Of a stretch of DNA of 64,000 nucleotides, positions 40,831-53,639 are shown piece by piece. Position numbers and translations under genes: made by a program. The notes below the pieces were generated by a model. The model saw only the letters and a program-made list of their open reading frames with translations, was not told where the DNA came from and did not search any database. How positions within the stretch are numbered: the first letter of the stretch is position 1; each line of letters begins with the position of its first letter. The DNA is from Octopus sinensis. Taxonomy: Eukaryota. The stretch spans positions 9,362,001-9,426,000 of the forward strand of contig NC_043006.1 in assembly GCF_006345805.1 (NCBI RefSeq), in the 5' to 3' direction.

Positions 40831-43800
40831 TTTACAGACATACGTAACTGGCGCCTTACCAGTTTACAGACAAACAAATAGCAGAATTCCCTGTTATTTC
40901 CTATCAGATTTACACACATTGCTTTGCTAATATGTAACAGAATATCGCATATTGTAATGCCTTTGGTGCGTAATAATGTCGGCAGAAGTATCACCTAGTT
41001 ACGAATTAACTTCTTGACTACACCAGTATATACAGTAGCTTTTAATTATTGTTTTATTTTAAATTTTACTTATGTATTTTTTCGACTTTGTGGCTGTCAC
41101 TTATATCTATATATCTTCCGAGGCGCCATTCTCTCGTGTATATTCTCAGTCAGCAGTTGAATGAAGATGCAACTTCAAAAAAATATATATTTTCAAATAT
41201 ATTATTGTTTATTTTTTTCATTTCTTTCAAACGCGTGTACGCACACATATCACTGATACAATCTCATCAATGACATATAATTATTATCTGTGCTATTTTT
41301 GAATATATATTCATATGGGTTATTTTCTGGATTAATTTCCTATATCTTCGAAGATATATTTACCGACTCCGCCATGTTAAACTTAGTAGCACTCACATTT
41401 AAGGCTACTATTTTAAATTTGTTGTTAGAAAAAAGAGGGGCATATCTTAGTCAACAAATCTAATTAAATACTTTATGATCTTTACACCAGGATATTTCCA
41501 CAGCCCACCATTAATGTGTGGCGATATTCTAAATATATTCCTTCAGAATTGGACTTAAGAAAGCGAGACGAAAGTAAATTTGAAATCGAAATGTAGAAAT
41601 TCGTAACTAAATATGTTATTGTATTCTGATGGACACTCAGCTCATTCGTCTCTAATTCGACGTAAATTTCATATAATCAAGCAATCTATATAAATTAGGA
41701 AATATACTAAATGTGTTATTTTGAGGTAATTTGACAGGAGAATGGCTTTTACAACCCAGCTCGCCTCCAGGGACTGGCTGTCGGCTGACATAACCATTAT
41801 CTTTTAACATAATTGACCTAAATTATGATATTGATAATAAAAAGTACAATAGATATGTTGACTCCAAAAAGGTATTCTCATTGTAGATTAATATGAAAAA
41901 TATTAGAGGTTTTTACAGAAAATACTAATGTGATAATTATAAGTAATGGCCTTAAATGCAAAAAACTGCCACGTAATAATCAAATTTCATATACTTTTAT
42001 ATTTATTTCAAATCGCATTGGAATCGAATTTGCATCTTCTCGGTAAAATAGGCACCCTCATATTCTGCCGTCCATTCAATCGAATTCCTACCCACAAGAA
42101 AATGTGTGGTGTGTTATCAAATCAAACTTATATCTATTGTAATTTATAACATTTTATAAATTATTTTGATGTCAATGGAATTGCTGAAAATTTGGTGAAC
42201 CATTTTGACAGACACTGCCTGTTTTTTGTTTTAGAATATTTTCTTTTCACATATATCATCAGACAATAATTCATGAAGGGTATCAGTAACGTCGTGTATA
42301 CAGACAATAACGTAACTGTTTATTTTAAATAGGCTTTGGCAGATTAGAAGGCGTTAATCTGATCGCTGGTGATTTTTGTCTTCGGAGAAAATTCCCTTTA
42401 GACGTTATGTTTTCATAACACACGCGATTCATTGATATAAAAGGACATTGAGACACTGCGATGCATCGACCTTGTTGTGTATCACTGTCAAACTAGACCA
42501 ACGTATTGTGCACTCTAAGAGGTGTTCACTTTTTACGCAAAGAGTGGAGATTCTATCCCATGATGAGAAAGAAAACAACAGTGATGAGATATTCAGTTGC
42601 GAATCTACTAGAAGGTATTCAGATTGGGTATATACATTTAAAGGGAAAAAAATTGACAAGTCAGTCAGTCACCGGCTGACACTCGCTGACGATACATCGA
42701 AGAGGCCAGGGAACAGAAGAAAGAAGACATGCAGCCAACACCAGAGCTCAAGACACCTCCGAAAGGGGAGCCCCGCCACGTCAAAACGGTAGAGGAGTAG
42801 GGGCCGAAACCGGACGTGGTTCCTCCTGATGATGTCTTGAACTAACTGGATCCTATAAAGGAGCTGTTGTGGTAGCAGACCACGAAACGGTTGTAATTCC
42901 TTCCTATTATTAGCCAGGGCTTTGTGAACCATAGTACTCTGCTCAGTCATACGCCAGCTGCACACTCACTCGTGTGGTATGCCTTCACATACAATATGGC
43001 TGAAAAAATGGCAAGAATATATTTATGATATGTATGCGGCCTAATCATCGATTAATATTTTGTACTAAGAAGATACTAATTAGATCAAAAGGATGTCAGT
43101 GCAACATAGATCTACCTCTACAGAAATTAACAACTACTAATGTAAACATTCAATCTTCTTGGTAGATAATATTCTCAAGATACGTAAATAATTAACAATG
43201 GATCCATCACAAGACGTAATTAGAAGAGTTCCTGGTTAACATCAATGCTAACATTGTTGTTTCCTATTATCAAGGACACATTCGTATATTCCCTAGATAC
43301 GAACATACACACAGCCATGTTATCCAAGAAAATGAAATGCTAAATGTTAATGTTATATGCTTGAGTACTAAACGAAAACAACAAAAACAAAACGATAAAT
43401 AATTACATCATTATGATGATCCGTTTCTGAAACTGCGATCAGCTGCTTACTCTTATAACGCAATGATTAGTGGAGACGCTTTTTTTTTGTGCGTATTCAT
43501 TATTTTCCTGTTTTTTTGTTTTTTTGTTTCAAAACATGACTTTCTAGAATATAAGTATTTTCCTCCTTTGCTTATCTCATATATTTCTAATTGCTGCAGT
43601 AGATCGGTCGGTAGAGAATATGAACAATCATTCATAGGACGTATTATTTTTACAAATGTGTTACATTATTTCCTACTGTTGTTCTCTTCTAAATCTGTTA
43701 TTTAAGATGGGAATTATCTGTTTAGGGATTCCATTGTTAGCTGTAGTTTTTCATCATCCTTTCTGTAGCATACTTCAGGATAAATTAATTACATTTAATA

Positions 43801-44072
43801 TATACTACATTTTTTGAATCGTGAAATCTATAACTTCCATCGGTATTTATGATTTTCTAACATTTACCGACTGTTTTCTAGCATTTAGCTTAATTGAAAA
43901 GAGAATGTAACTATAGAGAAACGGATGCAATTTAATGCTAATTGTATATATTATTTTATGTTAAATTCAAACGGGAAAAAAATTCTGTGGTTAATCATTT
44001 CATTGTACACCCGTATTTCTCCGAGTTCGAGACAACAACGAGTCTAGCTTTCAACAATTCATTCATGTGTTA

Positions 44073-44471
44073 CTAGCAGTATCACCCGGCGTTGATCGGG
44101 TTTGTAAGGGAAATAACTATATAAGCATTTTTAGAGATGTAAATTATAATAGCCATCTCAATATGGTTAACCACAAGTGGGGGGGGGGGTTACTGTAGCT
44201 TTTTACGTTCTGAGATTAAATAATAAATTTTTAGAGAGTTACTTCCCTTATATATGCCAAAAATGCATTAAAAATGGGAAAAAATGATGGTAATTTTTTT
44301 TTTAAATCGTAGACTCATTGTAGACGCGCGCTAATACCCAGAAGGGCTCGATATGAATCACGACTATAAGATACCCGGTTTTGGTTAAACTGCACCGTAA
44401 AATGTGGGAGTATTTAGGAATCTAAATCGTAGGAGACAGACATCACACAAGCTCACTTTTATATATAAAGA
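44073..44471 (-). mobile_element. Non-autonomous Helitron
   Basis: TC...CTAG ends on the minus strand, subterminal hairpin, A|T target; same family as 14775-15168. Confidence 0.88.
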
Positions 44472-44814
44472 TTTCATTTTATGGAAGCGTACACACATAT
44501 ATGTGTTTGTGTGGTGTACATATATACAAATACATATATATGTCGCTGTGTGTGTGTGCACATAAATATAATATTCTTTCTGGCATTAATCCTTGAATAT
44601 AAGACGTTGAAGAAACTTAATTGGGTCATATCAAGCACATACGGTCACTTATTCCATTGGTCAGTCTTTGCTGATTTGCAAGTTGACAAGATATAAATGG
44701 AAACATCATAAACCTAATGCAGACAGTCACAGTCACAATTATAGTAATTTAGCAATAGACTATCAGTTATAATACTGTATTGAGAAACAATAAATTTTAT
44801 CTGTTTATAAATAA

Positions 44815-45198
44815 CTAGCAGTATCGCCCGGCGTTGCTCGGGTTTGTAAGGGAAATAACTATAAATAATTTTTGGAGAGTTATAGCCAAAAAATAGCAAA
44901 AAATGCATTAAAAATGGAAAAAAAATGATGGTAAATTTTTTTTTAAATCGTTGACTCATCGTAGTCATTTTTAGAGAGTTACTTCCCTTATATTAAAAAA
45001 AATATGCATTAAAATGGAAAGAAATGATGGTAAATTATTTGTAAAATCATAGACTCATCGTAGACGCGCGCTAATACCCAGAAGGGCTTGATATGTATCA
45101 CGACTATAAGATACCCGGTTTTGGTAAAACTGCACCGCAAAATGTGGGAGTAGTTAGGAATCTAAATAGACACACAACCTTTCTTTTATATATAAAGA
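44815..45198 (-). mobile_element. Non-autonomous Helitron variant with internal duplication
   Basis: Same termini; the ATGCATTAAAA...GATGGTAAATT...GACTCATCGTAG block is present twice. Confidence 0.85.
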
Positions 45199-45649
45199 TT
45201 TGCGGGGCATCAGATAGAATAACTTCCAGTGCAGATCATGGATGTTCTGAGTCACAGCTACTGATTTTTAACGTTCTGAATCATATAGTAGGATTGCATT
45301 TAGTCGTTTTATTTTCTGATTAAAAAAAATAGTATGAGTCTAGTAACAGAATCTGTCTGAACCAACTCATAACTTTCGGAAGATCTGAAGTACTCTGTCT
45401 ATATATTAAAAAGCCTTATTACTCAAGAAGCGTAATCCAGGTGCGCGCAGACTGAGTATAATGTTTTGAATGGATTTATTTATTTACATTATTTACATTT
45501 GTCGGATATATGTCCCCAACTTGTTTCTTTTTAACACAACATATCGGCTGATATACCCTCCAGCCTTCATAAGCTGTCTTGGGGAAATTTCGAAAGTGGG
45601 TTCTCATTCGTAAGGTATTTTGTAATGTTATAATTATTATTATTATTGT

Positions 45650-46620
45650 TGTTGTTGCCTTTGCACAGCTTCTAACGCAGGAGGTGTACTATAGTGTTAG
45701 CTTTTCACTACCAGTGATCTAAGGTAACACCTCTAATTGTTCGAGCACCTTCCGGAGTATTCGAGCGGTTCCAAGCAGTGCTGTTTTCTGCAAGTGCTCA
45801 CCCTTATTGCGGCCCCGATTTGTTCCACGTATTTCTCGAGATTTTTGCTCACTGTTCCCAGGACTCCGACAATTATTAGTACTATTGCTACTTTTTCATC
45901 GACCACAACTGATTAACTTCTCATGCGAACCTGTCATATCTCTCGACTTTTCTTTTTTCCTCATAGCTTACCTTGTTCACAGCTGGGCATGCTATATCTA
46001 TGATCCAGCATAGTTTGTTTGCTTTCTGAATTAAAACTATGTCTGGCTTCCTATTCTCAATCTCATGGTCGCACTGAATCATAAAATCCCATAGGTTCTT
46101 TGCATTTCTATTTTCAACGATGCTTTCAGGTTTATGGTCGTACCAATTTTTTGCTCAGTGAAGTCCGTACTTGTTGCAAAGTGTCCAATGTACAAGCCTG
46201 GCTAGCTACATTGCCGTGGCGTTTCTCGGCTGGTGGCGTATAATGGCTGGTAATATGCCATAAGGTTTCGCTGTTTCGTCCACAGATTCTGCAATTGTCA
46301 TTTTCTGCTGTGTTATCTATTCCGCATTTTATGTAGTTTGTTCTAAGTGCTTCCTCTTAGGCGATACTGATTATAGCCTCTGTTTCCGGTTTTAAATCAC
46401 TTTTACACATCCACAGCCATCTTTTTCCTCTGTCTGCCTTAAGTTCAACATCCCTATGAAATTTACCATGCATTCTTTTCTTTACCCACCTACTTTCAGT
46501 TTCATTCGTTATTAGTTTCTTGTATAGCTCTTTATCTTTGCTATACTTCATCCGACACAAGCGTGAACTTCTTACTTCTAATAATAGCGGTTCTGTGGCA
46601 TTTTTTACAACCATGCTACC
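45650..46620 (-). mobile_element. R4/Dong-clade non-LTR retrotransposon, 3' fragment (RLE domain), decayed
   Basis: Minus-strand translation: MHGKFHR...WLWMCKSDLKPETEAII; LWDFMIQCDHEIENRKPDIVLI...CWIIDIACP...IIVGVLGTVSK...LQKTALLGTARILRKVL; followed by (CAA)n(TAA)n. Confidence 0.85.
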
Positions 46621-46779
46621 GGATGGACTACTCGACACGAATAGTCATGTGTTGGTTGGGTTTCGTGCATTTTACCCCAGTGTCATTTGGATAGTAAGCA
46701 CTATGCTCTCACTCAATAATAATAATAACATCATCATTACCATCAACAACAACAACAGCAACAACAATAATGATAGCCT

Positions 46780-47840
46780 TAGACATTCTTACTGATAAAT
46801 GGCGAGAAAAACCTCTCAATTTCAAATGCCCAAAGTGAGGTAATAATGTCGATGCTGACAAAGCCCTACTCATCAATGGTTAGCGTCTTCTGGCTTAAAA
46901 TCAGAAATAGAAGGGTTTATAATAGGAGCTCAGTTCCAATGCATACCTAAAAGAATCTACCAGGCCAACATCTTAAAGAACGGCAATAGACTAAACCTGT
47001 TGTGCATGTAAAAAACGAGATACAAACATTGATAATATTGTGTTCATGTACAGTCTTTTGCGCCTACAGAGTATCTCAGCTAGCAGGATAGAGTAGTACA
47101 GCATATTCACTGGGTGATTGCAAAGACTTGGACATGCCCCATGATAAAAACTGGTGAAAACTCAAACCAGCGCCAGGGCTTGAAAATGGCTACATCTCTC
47201 ATCTCACTCTTTGGAACTTCACCGTTCAAACTGACAGAAAGATAGATGCAAAGAGGTCAGAAATAAATAGGGCACTTCAGATAAAAAGCATGCCTCCTCA
47301 TCGATATGACTGTCCCAATCGACAAAAATGTATCTGTCAAGATCTACCAAAAGCTGAGCAAGTATAAAGATCTTGAAATAGAAATTTGCAACACTAAAAC
47401 AATACCTGTTGTCATAGGTGCCCTAGGAATGATAGAAAAAAATACGGCTTATTGTAACTAGCTCAGGATAACCAAAGATATAGAAATTCAAAACGTAGTT
47501 ACTCATGGGACTGCCCATATCCTACGCAAAATACTGTCTATGTAATCCCCAAAATATTTAAAACTGTAAACAGTGACAAAATACTTTTCAATGTATTGGT
47601 ACGTAACAGCAAACTGCCATCTTAACATAAGACTGTCAGCTTATAATCAAATCACTTTCAAAACAAACTTCTAAATTTACTTATGTCTTGACAGATATTC
47701 TCTAGAACAATACTCTCTGCTATATATGGCACCCTATTAGTCATAACACCAACTTGAACTTCTAACTTGTTGTCTTTTGAGGTCTCTGGGTGTGACTTGG
47801 AGTGAACTTGCACAAATAGGAAACAAAAGCCAAACGTATA
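46780..47840 (+). mobile_element. R4/Dong-clade non-LTR retrotransposon, 3' fragment, decayed
   Basis: LKSEIEGFIIGAQ; LWNFTVQTDRKIDAKR; CLLIDMTVPIDKNVSVKIYQKLSKYKDLEIEI; TIPVVIGALGMI; GTAHILRKILSM*; ends at (TAC)n/(TAA)n. Confidence 0.85.
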
Positions 47841-47867
47841 ACACTACTACTACTACTGCTGCTGCTG

Positions 47868-48008
<141 letters not shown>

Positions 48009-48037
48009 ATAATAATAATAATAAATAATAATAATAA

Positions 48038-49098
48038 ATGCCCTGATGCAGTACCAGGCAGTGGCTCTCATGGCTTCTGATCTTAACTGATTGGAAGTGT
48101 TATCATGTACATTGTTTTGTCTTGGTATAAAAGATGGGCTACAGCAAATATTCTGCTCAATACCACAGATTTGCTTGTCAGTTGTTTGACCTTAACCAGT
48201 TGAGCATGTCCCTTAGTAGCTGACGATATGTGCATCTCTGATCTCGAGCAGAAGTAGTGGGGGAGCATCATAGCCATGTGTTGAGAGGGATTCTTTGGGG
48301 TTTTAATAATTCACCCCTGGGTGGTTCCTTCAATATCCTTAAACAATCTTTATTCAGGGACCTTTTGAGTAGGATGGGCTACTCGAACAGAAGAAAATTC
48401 TAACTGGGCCCCACCTGCAAGGTCATGTACTGTTTATCTTGATATGAGATCAGCATGTCGCGCACATATGGTTGTGATGCATGTGCCTGGTGTACTCTTA
48501 TCAGGTGGGTAGTCATGATGGGTATACGGAGCTTTGTATATTTTACCCCAGTGTCACTTTGATGGCTTGCACTGCTCTCTCACTCAATAATAATAATAAT
48601 AAGTGCCTTGATGCAAGTGTCCCTCATAACTTCTGATCTTAACTGATTGGAAGTGTTATCATGTACATTGTTTTGTCTCGGTATAAAAACAAATGGGCTA
48701 CAAAACCTGTTCTGCACAATACCACAGATTTGCCTGTCAGTTATTTGACCTTAAGCAGTTGAACATGTTCCTTAGTAGTGGAGGAGCATCATAGCCATGT
48801 GTTGCGAGGGGATTCTTTGGGGTTTGAATAATTAACTTCTGGAAACATGGGTGTTTCTTTTATCATCCTTAAACCAAATCTTATTCAGGGATCTTTTAAT
48901 CGGTATAAGTTACTCAACCTGAAAACAATTCTAACTGGGTCCAACCTGCATGGTCATGCGTTGTTAATATTGATATAAGATCACCATGTCGCGCACATTC
49001 GGTTGTGATACATGTGCCTCGTGTACCGATATCAGACGAGTAGTGGTGGCGGTTATATTGGGCTTCGTATAATTGACGGCATGCACTACTCTCTCACT
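48038..49098. mobile_element. Two tandem diverged copies of a ~500-550-bp (TAA)n-flanked element
   Basis: 48038-48586 and 48602-49098 share TTCTGATCTTAACTGATTGGAAGTGTTATCATGTACATTG ... CTCTCTCACT; the same end occurs at ~46660-46715. Confidence 0.8.
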
Positions 49099-49279
49099 TA
49101 TTATTATTATTAATAATATAATAATAATAATAATATTAATAATAATAATAATAATAATGATAATAATGAATAATAATAATAATAATAATAATGCATAATA
49201 ATAATAATAATAATGCATAATAATAACAAATAATAATAATAATATTAATAACAACAACAAAAACAACAGCAACAACAAT

Positions 49280-49330
<51 letters not shown>

Positions 49331-49331
<1 letters not shown>

Positions 49332-49510
49332 GAATATCCAGTAGAATTCATACAAATCAGCTTTGCCTTTTTGGCACGGCCAGAATAATTATGAAAGTAC
49401 TAGATAATTTTGAGACGGAACAGGTAGAATGTGCGGTAGGCTGCAGGCAACAAACCGCTGCGCATGCAAGACCGCAGGAGTTACAATTAAAACTGAGTTG
49501 AAAAGAACAA
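49331..49510 (+). mobile_element. Very short R4/Dong-like 3' end
   Basis: GTARIIMKVL matches the C-terminal GTARILRKVL motif of the neighbouring copies; follows (TAA)n. Confidence 0.6.
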
Positions 49511-50123
49511 TGATAAAGATAACGAAGGTGATGATGAAGATGAAAATAATGATAGAATGACTACTAATCTAGAATGGTAGATTATTAATTAGCTTAACAA
49601 TATTAACAACTAATTATTTGAAATCCGCTAGATGAAAGATGTATGGGAGAATGTTTTAACCAGCAGCGAAAAATTATTTGAAAATCTGCATAGGTATCAA
49701 AACGTCAGGCAGGTTTCTAATCTCCAAACAACAAGATTTTTAACGTAGATGTGCATAATTTTTAGACGCACACAATAACATCACAACACAAATAGATCCA
49801 GCGAAAATGGAAGAGTGAGATGGTTCAGAGAATGACAACGAAAAGCTTTATATAAATCTGGGTTATATTTCGTGCTGTAAATAACAGCCACAATATTAAA
49901 CTATGTAGTAACAAACCGAGATAATTGTGTGCCGTACGACGGGCTCCAACCAAATATTTGTGGAGAGAAGCATATACATGTGTCTCTGTGTCTCTGTCTG
50001 TGTGTGTGAGTATATATATATATTTATATATATTTATATATATGTATATATATATATTATATATATATATATATATATGTGGGTGTGTGTGAGTATATAT
50101 ATATATTTATATATATATATATA

Positions 50124-50156
<33 letters not shown>

Positions 50157-50995
50157 TATATATACATATATATATACATATATATATATTATGTATACAC
50201 ACCTATGTATATATATATATACATATATATATATATGTATACACACCTATGTATATATATATATATATATATACGCATAGATATGTATATACATATCAAT
50301 ATATGTGTGTACGTGTATGTATACATATACAGCCATGCATAGACACATATATCATAAACCGTAAACGAGATTTGATGCAATGGAAAAACCAAGTCGAAGT
50401 ACAACAATACGTTTCAGTAACATAACATGAGGACAGAACTCCATTTCTAAACATACTTACATAAACACACTATAATGTCTGTAGAGAATCGTATTGTAGA
50501 AAAAACAGGGGGAAAGAATAAAAACAATTACCATAATTCTCTGGTTTAAAGAAAACATAGCATATAAATGGAGATTCGATGTTATAGAAAATATATTCTA
50601 ACATAAACAGAAAACACTCACTACAGAATTCTATTGAGGGAAAAGGGAAAAAATACCATATTTTCTACATAATAATTGGTGGGTTGCTTAGAGAATATTT
50701 CCAATTAACTGAACAATACAAAGGACGTAATAACCGTAACAGATAACCACAAATACCATTGACAGGAATTACAAGCAGCAACAATCCCTCGCATATTAAC
50801 TGACTCGAAAAGAATCAGATTGAACGTCCGAAGTATTGTAACGCATTTGTCTCCCGATTTTCAGTTTATCTATTTATTTGTCGTATATGTTCTAATATAT
50901 ATATATATATATAATATATATAATATATATAATATATATATATATAGATATATATATATATATACACACATATGTACCTACATATATATACCTAC

Positions 50996-51072
<77 letters not shown>

Positions 51073-51075
<3 letters not shown>

Positions 51076-51414
51076 ATTGCAGCGTGGAAGGTGTTTATAA
51101 GCCGTTTAAGAAACACACAAAAGCCGTTCGATTCATTTCAACATTTAAGTTTAATTTGTCAAAATATTTTCGTCGCTAAAATCCGCGACCTGTTCACTGA
51201 CAAAGTCCGTGCTGCAGCACGGACTTTGTCAGTGAACAGGTCGCGGATTTTAGCGACGAAAATATTTTGACAAATTAAACTTAAATGTTGAAATGAATCG
51301 AACGGCTTTTGTGTGTTTCTTAAACGGCTTATAAACACCTTCCACGCTGCAATTGTTTTCGTTTCAGCACACGATCTCAGATCAAATTACTTGCTATGCG
51401 AGTACATCTCCGTA
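51073..51414. mobile_element. Perfect 284-bp palindrome (51073-51356) plus ~58-bp tail, in (TA)n; putative PLE terminus
   Basis: Arms are exact reverse complements about CTG|CAG at 51214/51215 with no spacer. Confidence 0.9.
51225..51274 (+). ncRNA. Minimal hammerhead ribozyme, G3:C8 core variant; mirror copy 51155-51204 on minus strand
   Basis: TTTGTCA-GTGAACA-G-GTCGC GGATTTTA GCGAC-GAAA-ATAT-TT-TGACAAA: 7-bp stem I, 5-bp stem II, palindromic stem III AATATT. Confidence 0.8.
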
Positions 51415-51551
51415 ATATATAATATATATATATATAATATATATATATAGATCTATACATCTATAATATATATATACATATATATACATATATATATAGA
51501 TATATACATATATATACATATATATATATATATATACATATATATAACATA

Positions 51552-51585
<34 letters not shown>

Positions 51586-51751
51586 CATATACATATTATA
51601 TATATACATTATATATATATATATATCTATATATATATATATATATACATATTTATATATATATATATTACATATATTTATATATATATACATATTTATA
51701 TATATATATATATACATTATTTTATATATATATACATATATTATATACTAT

Positions 51752-51790
<39 letters not shown>

Positions 51791-52095
51791 TTATATATAT
51801 ATATATATACATATATTATATATATATATATACATATTTATATATATATATACATATATTTATATATATATATATATAAATATATTTATATATATATAAA
51901 TATATGTATATATAATATATATATATAAATATATATATATAAATATTATATACATATATAATATATACATATATATATATACATATATTTATATATATAT
52001 TATATATATATATGCAATATATATATATAATTATACATATATTTATATATACATATATTATATATATATATATATATACATATATTTATATATAC

Positions 52096-52176
<81 letters not shown>

Positions 52177-52190
52177 TATATATTTATATA
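51415..52190. repeat. ~775-bp degenerate (TA)n tract
   Basis: Direct inspection. Confidence 0.97.
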
Positions 52191-52925
52191 CGTGGCCGTA
52201 GCCAGTACCGCATCGACTGGCCTCCGTGCTGTGGGCGCGTAAGAAACACCATCCATCTGGCACCTGTGTCGGAGACACAAAAAACATCATCCGAAGACCC
52301 AGCAAGACTAGTCACGCCATAACCCGTGGCCCCTACCTGGGACGTTGTCAGTTCACCTGTGCATACCTTCCTTCCTTCTTGTGACACTTGTGAAGACCTG
52401 TTGATGCAAGTGAAAATCAAATCAAATCAAATCAAAATAGATGAACATCAATGGAATTTGTATCTTTGCGGTACCAGTGCCGGTGGCATACAAGAAAACC
52501 ATCCGAACGTGGCCGTAGCCAGTACCGCATCGACTGGCCTCCGTGCTGTGGGCACGTAAGAAACACCATCCGATCGTGGCCGTACGTCAGCCTCGTCTGG
52601 CACCTGTGTCGGTGGCACATAAAAACACCATCCGAGCGTGGCCGTTCGCCAGCCTCGTCTGGCACCTGTGTCGGTGGCACATAAAAACACCATCCGAGCG
52701 TGGCCGTTCGCCAGCCTCGTCTGGCACCTGTGTCGGTGGCACATAAAATCACCCACTACACTCTCGGAGTGGTTGGCGTTAGGAAGGGCATCCAGCTGTA
52801 GAAACACTGCCAGATCTGACTGGCCTGGTGCAGCCTTCGGGCTCCCCAGACCCCAGTTGAACCGTCCAACCCATGCTAGCATGGAAAGCGGACGTTAAAT
52901 GATGATGATGATGATGATGATGATG
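52191..52925 (+). mobile_element. RTE-type SINE or non-autonomous retroposon with internal 62-bp tandem repeats and (ATG)n tail
   Basis: Three 62-bp units at 52559-52744; GGCGTTAGGAAGGGCATCCAGCTGTAGAAA motif; tail CGTCCAACCCATGCTAGCATGGAAAGCGGACGTTAAA(TGA)n; nested LINE-like 3' end with (AAATC)n at ~52296-52440. Confidence 0.7.
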
Positions 52926-52983
52926 ATATACATATATATATATATATATACATATAATATATATTTATATATTTATATACATC

Positions 52984-53064
<81 letters not shown>

Positions 53065-53639
53065 GATATATATATATATATATATATCACTAGAAATATA
53101 TAATATATATGTGTGTATATACGTCTACATGTATACATTTAAATACACACGCCCGCACACACTAACTAGTACCTTTAAGCACGAACATTCGAAACGCGTA
53201 CATATCATAATCACGTAAATACACATACATATTTAAACACACATAAATACTCGCCTACACGTGCTGTGTACCTTTTTCGTTATCAGTCTATATGTACTTG
53301 TATGTGAGTGTTTTTATGTACACATATATCCATAAGCATACTGTCGTCGTTTAGAAGCGTATACTCACTAAATATAAACATTAATATATGTATACTAAGA
53401 TACATATATAATTGTATGTATATATGTAAGTATTTATGTAATTACGGATGTGCATGTGTGTGTATAGGTGTCTACAACAGAAAGTTTGGTGTTGGACGCG
53501 TTATATATGGATCAACTGCCGCAGAAAGTCTCAAAATTGAACGGCTCCAGTGAAAAATCTTCCCCGCTTACGGTAACGTTTACTGTTTAGACTCTATAAC
53601 CGAATTAATACAAAAACAAAAATAATAGCCGTTCTTTGA

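Noticed and set aside
48380-48586. HDV-like or twister ribozyme at the end of the 550-bp element
   Set aside because: Only short hairpins and a possible small pseudoknot were found; the required nested fold could not be built.
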